Part shown: one piece after another, positions 47,558 through 56,343 of the stretch
How the letters are laid out: every line of letters begins with the position of its first letter
Numbering within the stretch: position 1 is the first letter of the stretch
Origin: an uncultured bacterium
Lineage (GTDB): Bacteria; Bacillota_I; Bacilli_A; RFN20; CAG-826
Assembly: GCA_949296775.1 (NCBI GenBank)
Contig: CASFQA010000004.1
Coordinates: 3,698 to 67,697 of the forward strand
Length of the DNA stretch: 64,000 nucleotides
Reading direction: 5' to 3'
Notes under the pieces: model-generated
What the model saw: the letters and a program-made list of their open reading frames with translations, nothing else
Database searches by the model: none
Told to the model about the DNA's origin: nothing
Program-made: the position numbers and the translations under genes

Positions 47558-48776
47558 TCAGATAACCCTCCTTGCAGGTTTTGACCGCCTCGACTAAACG
47601 GTCGATGTCTTCCTTGGTGGTATATAGGTAGAAGCTCGCGCGCACCGTCGCCACCGTGCCAAGGAAATCAATGAGGATCTTGGCGCAATGCTGACCGCTG
47701 CGAACGGCTATGCCCTTTGAATTGAAGTAGGTGGCGGCGTCTTGGGCAAAGACCCCGTTAACATTAAAGGCGACGATGCCGGATGGTGAATCGGCGTTAT
47801 AGATGGTAACCGCCCCGGTTTCCTGAAGCTTTTCGACACAGTATTTCTTTAACATCATCTCATGTTGGTTGACGTTTTCTAAGCCAACATTTGAAAGGTA
47901 ATCTACCGCTGCTCCAAGGCCGACGATGCCTTCAAGATTCTGGGTTCCGGCTTCGAATCTAAGGGGCGGCTGAAGATAATTCACGTCGCCGCACATATCG
48001 AATTTGGCATTCATGCCCCCACCCGTCATAAATGGGTCGGTCTTAGCCAATAAATCAAACTTGCCATAGAGCACCCCGATTCCGGTTGGCCCGAGCATTT
48101 TGTGTCCGGAGAAGGAAAGGAAATCGATGTCAAGATCGCGGACATCGGTTTTGATATGAGGGACCGATTGGGCTCCATCGACCACGACCAATGCCCCGTT
48201 TTTATGAGCGATGGAAGCAATTTCCTTTAAAGGCGCAACATAGCCCAACACATTGGTGATATGAGCGATGCAAATCAATTTTACACGCGGATTAATGACC
48301 TTTTGCAGGCTTTCCGCGGTCAAACGACCATCTTTGTCCAGGGGGATATAACCGATTTTGCACCCGGTCATCTCCGAAACCTTGAACCAAGGCAAGACGT
48401 TAGAAGCGTGCTCGGCCTGAGTGATAAGAATCTCGTCGTCCTTATTCAAAAACTTCGCCCCATAGCCAAAGGCGACTAAATTAATGGAATTGGTCGTGCC
48501 GGAGGTAAAGACGATCTCGGTCGGGTCGGCATTGATGAAGGACGCGACCTTTTCCCTCACCTGTAGCACCTTCATGTCCATATCGTAGCAGAGGTCATAA
48601 TCGCCTCGGTGCGAATTGGAAGTATGAAGGGTGTAATAAGACTCCACGGCCTGAAGGACAGAGTATGGTTTAAATGTTGTCGAAGCCGAATCAAGCCAAC
48701 ATAAAGGATGCTTTTGCATTGACACTTTGTTGACGAACATCGGGAAATCTTTCCGAAGCTTATACGGGTCAATCAT
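47541..48776 (-). CDS. sufS: cysteine desulfurase SufS
   Basis: LDSASTT, HRGDY, DGAQSVPH, SGHKMLGPTGIG, FEAGT, RSGQHCA. Confidence 0.95.
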   Translation of the reverse strand: MIDPYKLRKDFPMFVNKVSMQKHPLCWLDSASTTFKPYSVLQAVESYYTLHTSNSHRGDYDLCYDMDMKVLQVREKVASFINADPTEIVFTSGTTNSINLVAFGYGAKFLNKDDEILITQAEHASNVLPWFKVSEMTGCKIGYIPLDKDGRLTAESLQKVINPRVKLICIAHITNVLGYVAPLKEIASIAHKNGALVVVDGAQSVPHIKTDVRDLDIDFLSFSGHKMLGPTGIGVLYGKFDLLAKTDPFMTGGGMNAKFDMCGDVNYLQPPLRFEAGTQNLEGIVGLGAAVDYLSNVGLENVNQHEMMLKKYCVEKLQETGAVTIYNADSPSGIVAFNVNGVFAQDAATYFNSKGIAVRSGQHCAKILIDFLGTVATVRASFYLYTTKEDIDRLVEAVKTCKEGYLNAYFN

Positions 48777-49441
48777 AATCTCTCCTCGATCGCCTTATTC
48801 AGTTCCTGTTTCAGGCCCTGGTCGTCGAAATAAACCAGAACCGGCTTCAAATAACCCATGGTGATCAGCCGCCGGGCCTCATCTTCAGCCAAACCGCGGC
48901 TAAGCAAATAGAAAAGATGATCGTCGTTAAGCCGGCCGACCGAAGCGCCGTGAGAGGCATTCACGTCATTCTCGTCGATCTTCAGGACCGGCGAGCATTT
49001 GCCATCCGACCCGGCATCGAAGACGATGATCTTCGCTTCTTGGCGAGTGTTGCTCCCCTTGGCCCCCCGATCGATTTGGCTAACCCCGGTGAAAGTCAGC
49101 CGTCCGCCGTTTTTGGCGATCCCGTAATTCGAGACCACCGCCGTTGAACTAGGCGCAAGATGATAGGCAGAGATATCAAAGACCTTCTGATCGGAACCGG
49201 AGGAAAGGGAGGCCAGGTGCCATTCTAAGCTAGCCCCTTCCTCAAGCTCGACCCGAACCGTCAATTTGCCTTCCCCGGAGGAAAAATCGGCAAAGGCGGC
49301 GACCAAGCTGGCCCCGGAACGGACCTTGACGACCATCTCCTGACCGACGAACTCCTGGAAAGAAATAAAGTTAAGCTTCGTCGGTTCGGCGATATCCAAA
49401 GCCGCCGGCCAATCCTGATCGCGGTAAACAAGGGTCTTCAT
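48773..49441 (-). CDS. sufD: SufD (short form)
   Basis: Beta-helix-like segment, PVLKIDENDVNASHGASVG, LFYLLSRGL; position in the suf operon. Confidence 0.85.
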   Translation of the reverse strand: MKTLVYRDQDWPAALDIAEPTKLNFISFQEFVGQEMVVKVRSGASLVAAFADFSSGEGKLTVRVELEEGASLEWHLASLSSGSDQKVFDISAYHLAPSSTAVVSNYGIAKNGGRLTFTGVSQIDRGAKGSNTRQEAKIIVFDAGSDGKCSPVLKIDENDVNASHGASVGRLNDDHLFYLLSRGLAEDEARRLITMGYLKPVLVYFDDQGLKQELNKAIEERL

Positions 49442-50268
49442 TCATTCTCCTTGCTCGCCACCCGGGTGGCGCAGACGCCGATGCTCACCTCGTTCATGCT
49501 CGTTTCCTCTTTGGCGATTTCGATCCCGAGCTCGCGCTTGATCCATTCGTATCCTTCGGTATCGATCCGCTTGATTAGCTCTGGCCCCCCATCGACCGCC
49601 ACTCTCCCGTTAACGATGACGGCCGCCCTAGTCGGCGAAATAAGCGAATATAGCCGGGCGTAATGGGAAACGACGAGGAACGAACGTCCCTTAGCCTGTT
49701 CTCCTTTAATGGCCGAGGCCACGATTTGCATCGCATCGACATCGAGGCCCGAATCGATTTCATCCAACATAGCGAGGCTTGGTTCGAGCAAAAGCATCTG
49801 CAATATCTCGCTCCGCTTTTTCTCCCCGCCGGAAAAGCCTTCGTTGAGGTTCCGGTTATTCATCTCGAAGGGAATGCCGACCGCTTTGTAGGCGGCTTGG
49901 AGCTTGGAATAGAATTCGAAAAGCGACAAAGGCTTGCTCCGCCTGGCGTTCATAGCCGCCTTAAGGAAGTCGCTGGAATTGACCCCGGGTATTTCGGCCG
50001 GGTATTGCATGGCTAAGAAAAGGCCGGCTTTCGACCGCTCATCGACCTTCATCGACAAAACGTCCTGCCCTTGGAAAAAGATCTTCCCCTCAGTCACTTG
50101 GTAAATGGGGTTGCCCATGATGGTTCCGAGCAGGGTCGATTTGCCATGGCCATTAGGCCCTAATAAAGCCAAAGTCTCCCCTTCGTTTAATTCCAAGTCG
50201 ATCCCTTTGAGGATCTCCGTCCCCTTGACGGCAACGTGGAGATTTTCGATTTTCAATAACGCAGACAT
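49438..50268 (-). CDS. sufC: Fe-S assembly ATPase SufC
   Basis: GPNGHGKST, GLFLAMQYP.EIPG, FSGGEKKR, LDEIDSGLDVDA. Confidence 0.96.
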   Translation of the reverse strand: MSALLKIENLHVAVKGTEILKGIDLELNEGETLALLGPNGHGKSTLLGTIMGNPIYQVTEGKIFFQGQDVLSMKVDERSKAGLFLAMQYPAEIPGVNSSDFLKAAMNARRSKPLSLFEFYSKLQAAYKAVGIPFEMNNRNLNEGFSGGEKKRSEILQMLLLEPSLAMLDEIDSGLDVDAMQIVASAIKGEQAKGRSFLVVSHYARLYSLISPTRAAVIVNGRVAVDGGPELIKRIDTEGYEWIKRELGIEIAKEETSMNEVSIGVCATRVASKENE

Positions 50269-50384
50269 AGAAAGCTCCTATCAAAAAGCCCCCATATTGT
50301 AGTGACCTCGGGCCGACAGGGCAACAAATGTGATAAATGAGCAAAGAATAAATTCTTTGTCGTCAAGTTGATGGCGAAAGCCTA

Positions 50385-50852
50385 TTAAACCGCCGACAAA
50401 ACGCCGGAAGAGACGATGATGATCAAAAGGAGTATCTCCACCGCAAACGTCACCCCGACGGTGATGGCACACCCTTTCTTGCAGGCTCGGTCCCCGAAGA
50501 TAAGGCATAGAATCAGCCCCAAAATACCGAGGAAGAAGCCCATCAAGAAGCCAAGGAAGCCGCCTTTTATGGCTTTGGTGGCATCGGGGTCAGCGCTTCG
50601 GTAACCGCCAGTAGGCGATTGATAATTCGCATAACCGTTTTGCTGATTGGGAGAATATCCGCAATGGGGGCAAGGGACGTTAATGTCGTCTTTATAGAAC
50701 CCGCACTTCGCACAATAGCCCGGCTGCTTAGGGGCCGAGGGCTTAGGGGCCTCGACCGCTTGCCCGCAAAGAGGGCAATAACGGTCTTCGGGGTTCAAAT
50801 GGGTCCCGCAATGGGGGCAACGGAGGTTTTCTTTATCGAGGTTATCGTTCAT
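50385..50852 (-). CDS. double zinc-ribbon membrane protein
   Basis: Two CxxC...CxxC pairs, Pro/Gln linker, two C-terminal TM helices; TATAAT 7 nt before ATG 50852. Confidence 0.75.
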   Translation of the reverse strand: MNDNLDKENLRCPHCGTHLNPEDRYCPLCGQAVEAPKPSAPKQPGYCAKCGFYKDDINVPCPHCGYSPNQQNGYANYQSPTGGYRSADPDATKAIKGGFLGFLMGFFLGILGLILCLIFGDRACKKGCAITVGVTFAVEILLLIIIVSSGVLSAV

Positions 50853-50944
50853 AGCTGGGATTATAGCCCTGCTGGTGAATTTTTCTAGAGATTCAAAGGG
50901 CTGGGCCGACAAAATTGCTGGTTTCCCGCCCCGTTATTATGGGC

Positions 50945-50953
50945 TTATCCACA
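50945..50953 (+). promoter_or_regulatory. single perfect DnaA box
   Basis: TTATCCACA in an intergenic region; isolated, so may be chance. Confidence 0.35.
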
Positions 50954-51056
50954 AAAAGGACTACCAAATATAAATATTTGGCTAAAAAATCTCCTCTTTT
51001 TGGCCAATTAAGAAAAAGCCGCCATCGTCCCTAGGTTTTTATACCGAAATTTAGCC

Positions 51057-51085
51057 TTGTAACAATACTTGTTAAAGCATATCAT
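51057..51085 (+). promoter_or_regulatory. promoter of the lipoprotein operon
   Basis: TTGTAA-17 nt-TATCAT; AAGGAGG SD downstream. Confidence 0.65.
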
Positions 51086-51125
51086 TATCGCGCTACGTTC
51101 ATGACGAAGGAGGAACGAGTCCAGT

Positions 51126-53231
51126 ATGAAGAAAACTAAACTCACCCTTGGTCTAGTCGGAGCCCTCGTGGCCGGTGGCGCCTTAGCCGCCTGCTCCGAG
51201 GTCACTTACGACGAGGGCGTGCTGCTCACTTATACGGATGCGTCCGGAAATCAAATCAAATATACCGCCGAAGACCTCTTTGGCGATTATCAGAATTCCG
51301 CCAGCTCTGCCAGCACCGCCTATTCCAAGGTAAAGGAAGTATTGATCCGCCAGTACTACCAGGAACCGGCCCAAGCCAGCAAACTCGCCGATTTGCAGAA
51401 TCAGGCTCAGAATGCCGTCGATGGCATCAAGAGCCAGGCCGAGACCAACGCCAATAGCAATGGCACCACCTATCAAGAGGAATTCGAGGCTCTCTTGGAA
51501 TCGAACAACGTCGATAACGTCGACGAATTGCTTGATTTGAAGCTTTATGAGCTCGAAGAGGAACAATTCAACAAGGATTACTACACCACCGGCAACCTCG
51601 CCAAGATGCGGGATGGCTCCTTGTGGGATGGCCTAAGGACGGCTGAGGCGGAAGCGGAATTCGGCCCGGTCAGCGATGGCTACCTCAAAACAAGGATGCC
51701 CTACCACGTCTCCCATATTTTGGTTAAGTTCGAGTCGGCTTCCAGCAACGAACACGCCCAAGCCACCATCTCGGCGACCGAGAGCGAGAAACTCGGCGAC
51801 GTCATCAAGGAGTTGGCGGGCGCCGATACCTCGGACAATACCCATGGCACCGTTAACGTTGCCCAGCGCTTAAGCTTTGGCTCGATTGCCTACGAGCTTT
51901 CCGACGACACCGAATCCTCTTCGGCCTACGGCGACCTCGGAATCATGGATCTCTCCACCGAGTTCGTCCCGGAATTCAAGCTTGGGCTTTACGCCTATGA
52001 CGCGCTTTATTCCAACCAGTCCAACAACTCCTACGCCACCGAGGAAATGAAAGGCCGGCTTTTGCCGAGCGAAGACGCCAAGCTCGACGATGGCAGCTCG
52101 GTTAAGCAGGAATTCGTCGATCGGGGCTTAGGGACCATCCCCTATGGCGCCGCCGTCGCCCTGGCCGATGCGAGCGTCTCCTACAGCGCCACCAGCGGCG
52201 AACCCGACCTCGGTTATCAAGTCAACGAGAATAGCGCCACCTATTACCCGCGCAATATCCTCTTCAACAAATACTTCAACAACCACCAAATCGCCGTCAT
52301 CACCCCGAATCGGATTTCCTATAACGATCTGCTCGATGGCGAAAGCACCTCCGGCGCCCTCTCGGGAGACGCTTACAATTTCGCCGCCGAGACCAACGCC
52401 GACGGCACCCCGAATACCACCGGCACCCTCGATGCGGATTACGCCGCCCTCCCCGGCTTCTCAGTTGACACGACCGGCGTCCTCCCGGACATCGGCAGCA
52501 ACGTCCTAACCAACGAGAAAGGCCAGATCATCCTCGCCGTCCGGGCCGGCACTTCCTCCTACCAAGGCATCCATTTCATCGTCGCCGACCGTTCGGCCCT
52601 CTCCGAATACGGCCTAAAATACGATCGGGAAAACGCCACCATCAGCGAGTACACCAAAGCTGATTACGATGCCGGGAAGACCACTTCAAACATCACTTCG
52701 CTTAATGACTACTACAGCATGTTGACCCCCGACCGCATCCCGAGCAATCCGAGCTCGGTCACCGCGGAAAACGAAGCCAACTATTATCCTTATTATGTAG
52801 TCGACGGGAAGGCCACCCCCAAGACCACTTACATCAACAAGCTGGTCTCGGCCGATTCGAGCTATGCCGATAAGGCCAAAGACGTCCAAGACGCGGTTGA
52901 GAACTTCGATTCCAACCTCGACAACTACATCTTCCAGGAATTGCTCAACAGCTCGAAGGTCACCTTCGCCGATGCCGATTTCGGGAAGCTCATTAAGGAT
53001 TACATCCGCATCACCCGTCAGAAATCCGTCGATGACACCCAAAAATCCTTCGACGATGACTGGGTCACCTACGCCGAATACCTCGAGCAGCAAGACGCCG
53101 CTAGAACGATGAAAGAGGACGGCAGCCAAAAGCTGATTTCCGAAACCTGCGCCATCGGCTATAACAGCGATGCCGCTCGGGAAGGAGACGGCGTCTGGGC
53201 TTATGGAGGAGCTTGCTACGATGGAAAATAA
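51126..53231 (+). CDS. large lipoprotein with parvulin/PrsA-like motifs
   Basis: Lipobox LAAC; SHILVKF, SFGSIAYELSDD, YGDLG, FVPEF, GIHFI. Confidence 0.8.
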   Translation: MKKTKLTLGLVGALVAGGALAACSEVTYDEGVLLTYTDASGNQIKYTAEDLFGDYQNSASSASTAYSKVKEVLIRQYYQEPAQASKLADLQNQAQNAVDGIKSQAETNANSNGTTYQEEFEALLESNNVDNVDELLDLKLYELEEEQFNKDYYTTGNLAKMRDGSLWDGLRTAEAEAEFGPVSDGYLKTRMPYHVSHILVKFESASSNEHAQATISATESEKLGDVIKELAGADTSDNTHGTVNVAQRLSFGSIAYELSDDTESSSAYGDLGIMDLSTEFVPEFKLGLYAYDALYSNQSNNSYATEEMKGRLLPSEDAKLDDGSSVKQEFVDRGLGTIPYGAAVALADASVSYSATSGEPDLGYQVNENSATYYPRNILFNKYFNNHQIAVITPNRISYNDLLDGESTSGALSGDAYNFAAETNADGTPNTTGTLDADYAALPGFSVDTTGVLPDIGSNVLTNEKGQIILAVRAGTSSYQGIHFIVADRSALSEYGLKYDRENATISEYTKADYDAGKTTSNITSLNDYYSMLTPDRIPSNPSSVTAENEANYYPYYVVDGKATPKTTYINKLVSADSSYADKAKDVQDAVENFDSNLDNYIFQELLNSSKVTFADADFGKLIKDYIRITRQKSVDDTQKSFDDDWVTYAEYLEQQDAARTMKEDGSQKLISETCAIGYNSDAAREGDGVWAYGGACYDGK

Positions 53232-54819
53232 ACTTAAAGCCTTTGCTTTGACCGCTTTCGCGGCCGCCACCCTCGGCTTGGCGTCCTGCTCCGACGTCGA
53301 AGCCGGTCTCCCCGCTGACGTTGCCGACGCCCCGATCCTCAACCTCGAGAACGTCGTCAACAACAACATGGGCCAAATCTACGATGCTTTGGTCACCGCT
53401 GGGGATTCGAATTCGGAGAAAGTCCTCAACAACATCCTCGCTCTTTATTCCAAAGGGCTCTTCGGCGAATTCTTCGGCGAAGGCGGGATGTACGAGGTCT
53501 ACACCGACAATTCCAAACTCGCCTCCTTCGTCGCCAACCACCCCATTTATGGCGAAGCGGAGAAAGGCCAAGCCAATTGCCTGGCCTTCATCAACCACGT
53601 CGTCGAGCAAATCGAAACCCAGATGTGGTCGGTCGTCGAGAATACCACCTATCAACGGCGGTCCCTCTTCTTGGAGAAGGATTTCTACCGGGCTCAGGTC
53701 GCCGAGCTCTACAAGCTCGCGACCATCGAGACCTTTAAGGAAACCGCCCTCGATGGATCGAAGGACTTCCATAACGTCGAAGATTACTTCACCAATATGT
53801 ACGTCACTTACGAAGACTATATTGAGCGGAACATCCTCCCGACCATTTACCGGAAGGCCTTAGTCGAGCAATATCTCATCGACAACAACTATGGCGTCTT
53901 GGGCCGTTCCTACGCCCGGAAAGTCCAATACATCGCCCTTCCCGATATCGATGGCGCTCAGTTTGGCGCCCAACGGTTGGTCCGTTCCTACGCCAAGCTC
54001 GTCTTGAACAAGGAAGGGGTCGATGAAAAGTACCGCGATCTCCACTTCCTCGATCAGCTCTACAAGGGCTACTTCCCCGATGCTGAGAACAACGCGGACT
54101 TCGCTTTCGCCCAAACCATCTACGCCGATGCCGGCTTCACCCCGGTTGCCGCCTCCGCCGACGACAACACCGAAGCCACCTACGAAGAGACGACTTACGG
54201 CAAGATCGCCATCGATTACAAAGGCCTCTCCGATGACCGGAACGTCACCGGTTCCTCGACCGATTTCACCAATGCCGGCGCCTATACCAAGGAAACCGGC
54301 TTGGAAATCAAGAAACGGGAAACCGTCGCCACGAGCCACGTCACCGAAGGCTGGTACACCTCGACTGGCCTAACCGACCTCGCCTCCTCGATCTCGAACC
54401 GTCTGTTCAAGATCACGGTCGCCAACGAAGTCGACCGGGAAGGGGCGGCGGAAGATAACACCAAAGGCAATTTCGGCTGGTATGTCCAAGGCTCCTACTA
54501 CATGGTCCCCGAACAATACGAACAAGAAGAGGAATTCCCCTATTGCATCTACGATAAGGACTCCTCCACTTGGTACATCGTCCGGGTCGACGAAGCGGTC
54601 AAGGCCCCGAAATTGGTCCAAGGTGGGGATGCCTCCTACGACAAGATGGAAGGCAAGAACATCTACGACATCATCTACTCGGTCGCCGGATTGGTCTCGG
54701 ATACCGAATCCTACCAAAAAGCGGCTCAGCAGCATTACGTCGAGGAAATGGCCATCGCTTATCACGATCAGACCATCTACGACTACTTCGAAACCACCTT
54801 CCCCGATTTATTCGATTAA
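53221..54819 (+). CDS. lipoprotein, probable divergent PrsA-like paralog
   Basis: Lipobox LASC; GGAGGA SD; 11-nt overlap with the upstream gene; weak parvulin-like segments (RKVQYIAL, EGWY, TWYIVRVDE) and PrsA-like C-terminus. Confidence 0.75.
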   Translation: MENKLKAFALTAFAAATLGLASCSDVEAGLPADVADAPILNLENVVNNNMGQIYDALVTAGDSNSEKVLNNILALYSKGLFGEFFGEGGMYEVYTDNSKLASFVANHPIYGEAEKGQANCLAFINHVVEQIETQMWSVVENTTYQRRSLFLEKDFYRAQVAELYKLATIETFKETALDGSKDFHNVEDYFTNMYVTYEDYIERNILPTIYRKALVEQYLIDNNYGVLGRSYARKVQYIALPDIDGAQFGAQRLVRSYAKLVLNKEGVDEKYRDLHFLDQLYKGYFPDAENNADFAFAQTIYADAGFTPVAASADDNTEATYEETTYGKIAIDYKGLSDDRNVTGSSTDFTNAGAYTKETGLEIKKRETVATSHVTEGWYTSTGLTDLASSISNRLFKITVANEVDREGAAEDNTKGNFGWYVQGSYYMVPEQYEQEEEFPYCIYDKDSSTWYIVRVDEAVKAPKLVQGGDASYDKMEGKNIYDIIYSVAGLVSDTESYQKAAQQHYVEEMAIAYHDQTIYDYFETTFPDLFD

Positions 54820-54837
54820 AGAAGGTATATAATTTAT

Positions 54838-54867
54838 GGGCAGGCCAATAGGCTTGCCCTTTTCTCT
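54838..54867 (+). terminator. terminator-like hairpin between lipoprotein 2 and the HIT gene
   Basis: GGGCAGGCC-AATA-GGCTTGCCC-TTTTCTCT. Confidence 0.65.
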
Positions 54868-54877
54868 AGGAGCGGTT

Positions 54878-55300
54878 ATGAAAGACATTTTCTGCCAGAT
54901 AATCGATGGCGACATCCCTTCTTCCAAAGTCTATGAGGACGACGACGTCCTCGCTATCCTCGACATTTCCCAAACGACCCGTGGGCATACCTTGGTCATG
55001 CCGAAGAAGCACTGCGCCAACTTCCTCGATTGCGACCGCGACTTAATGCATAAAGTATTCGACGTCGCTAGGCGGATAGGGCAGGCCGAGGTCTCGGTTT
55101 TAGGGGCGAAAGGGGTCAACATCCTTACCAATGTCGGGGAAATGGCTGGGCAAAGCGTCCCCCATTTCCACGTCCACGTCATCCCCCGTTACGCCTTAGG
55201 CGAAGGCGGCTTCCAACTGACGATGAAAAGCCAGGACACGAGCGGCATGAACCTCCCGCGCCTGGCCATGGATATCGCTTCCGCGGTCAAAAAGGACTAA
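54878..55300 (+). CDS. hit: histidine triad (HIT/HinT) nucleotide hydrolase
   Basis: DIFCQII.G.IPS.KVYED, GHTLVMPK, HFHVHVIP. Confidence 0.95.
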   Translation: MKDIFCQIIDGDIPSSKVYEDDDVLAILDISQTTRGHTLVMPKKHCANFLDCDRDLMHKVFDVARRIGQAEVSVLGAKGVNILTNVGEMAGQSVPHFHVHVIPRYALGEGGFQLTMKSQDTSGMNLPRLAMDIASAVKKD

Positions 55301-56343
55301 CCCTTAATCGCCTTCAGCTCCTCGTCGAGGCTCAAACCCGACGGCGAGGGGTTTTCTTTTACATAGGTTGGTTTATAGAAATACCGTTCATCCATCGAGA
55401 AGATCTTGGCCGTCGAATCGCCGGGAGCCACGTCGGCATAGGCCTTATCGAGAATCATCATCTTCGCGTCGATGTCATCGATCATCGAGACGATGAGCGA
55501 TTCTCTGGTCAGCGGGAGCACCGGGCTGCCGAATTCCTGCTTGCCATGGTGAGAAAGCATGATGTGTTCCATGATGACCGCCATTTCCTTTTTGGAATAA
55601 AGAGGATGGCTAGGCGTCTTCTCTTCCTCCTTCAAATCGTCGAAAGCGTAGAATCCTAGCTCGGTCGCCGCCTCTTTGACGATACCAAAGCCTAAGGAGA
55701 TATGGCCCAATAACTTTCCTTCCAAAGTGAAAGCGCAGGCCTGCGGCCCGCTTAACTCGACGGTCTTGCCGATATCATGAATCAGGGCGCCGGATAAAAC
55801 GACGTCGCGGTTAAGGCTAGGATAGACGTCGCAAACCTTGATGGCCAAATCCGCCATGGTCAAGGAGTGGAATAGCAACCCATTGACGAACTCGTGGTGG
55901 TTTCTTACCGCCCCTGGCCAAGAGAGAAACTTGCCTTCGGACTTCTCGATGACTTTCTTGGCCAACTTCTGAAGGTCAGGATCGGCGATGGAATCGACAT
56001 AGGCATTGAGCTTAGCCTCCAATTCCTCAGCCGAACGGGGTGCGCTGATAAGCAAATCATTCCATTTAACCGAGGATGGATCGACTTTTTCCCCGGTGTG
56101 GACCTTAAGCTGCAACGCTTTGTTATACATCAAGGCATCCGCCGTGACCTCAACCACTTTCCCGCGGGCGAAAAGCTCTTCATCCCCTTCCTCGACATCC
56201 CACTTTTTCGCATCGACGGTCCCGGTTTTATCCTGCAAAACCAAGGTCAAATAGTTTTTCCCTTTCCCGGAGACGCACTTCTTGCAATCGTTAATCAGGA
56301 ACCGCCCGTAAACGCGGTCCCCGTCTTTTAGGTCCTTAATCAT
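55297..56343 (-). CDS. yhaM: 3'-5' exoribonuclease YhaM (OB + HD)
   Basis: LVLQDKTG OB fold, HHEFVNGLLFHS, LIHDIGK, GHIS, SHHGKQEFGSP. Confidence 0.9.
   Translation of the reverse strand: MIKDLKDGDRVYGRFLINDCKKCVSGKGKNYLTLVLQDKTGTVDAKKWDVEEGDEELFARGKVVEVTADALMYNKALQLKVHTGEKVDPSSVKWNDLLISAPRSAEELEAKLNAYVDSIADPDLQKLAKKVIEKSEGKFLSWPGAVRNHHEFVNGLLFHSLTMADLAIKVCDVYPSLNRDVVLSGALIHDIGKTVELSGPQACAFTLEGKLLGHISLGFGIVKEAATELGFYAFDDLKEEEKTPSHPLYSKKEMAVIMEHIMLSHHGKQEFGSPVLPLTRESLIVSMIDDIDAKMMILDKAYADVAPGDSTAKIFSMDERYFYKPTYVKENPSPSGLSLDEELKAIKG

Noticed and set aside
41542-50953. Replication origin or parS near parAB/mnmG
   Set aside because: Only one DnaA box, no dnaA/dnaN, no box cluster, and no TGTTNCACGTGAAACA-type parS found by eye
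51058-51075. WalR-like direct repeat TGTAAC...TGTTAA
   Set aside because: Spacer is 6 nt rather than the canonical 5; reported only as a palindrome
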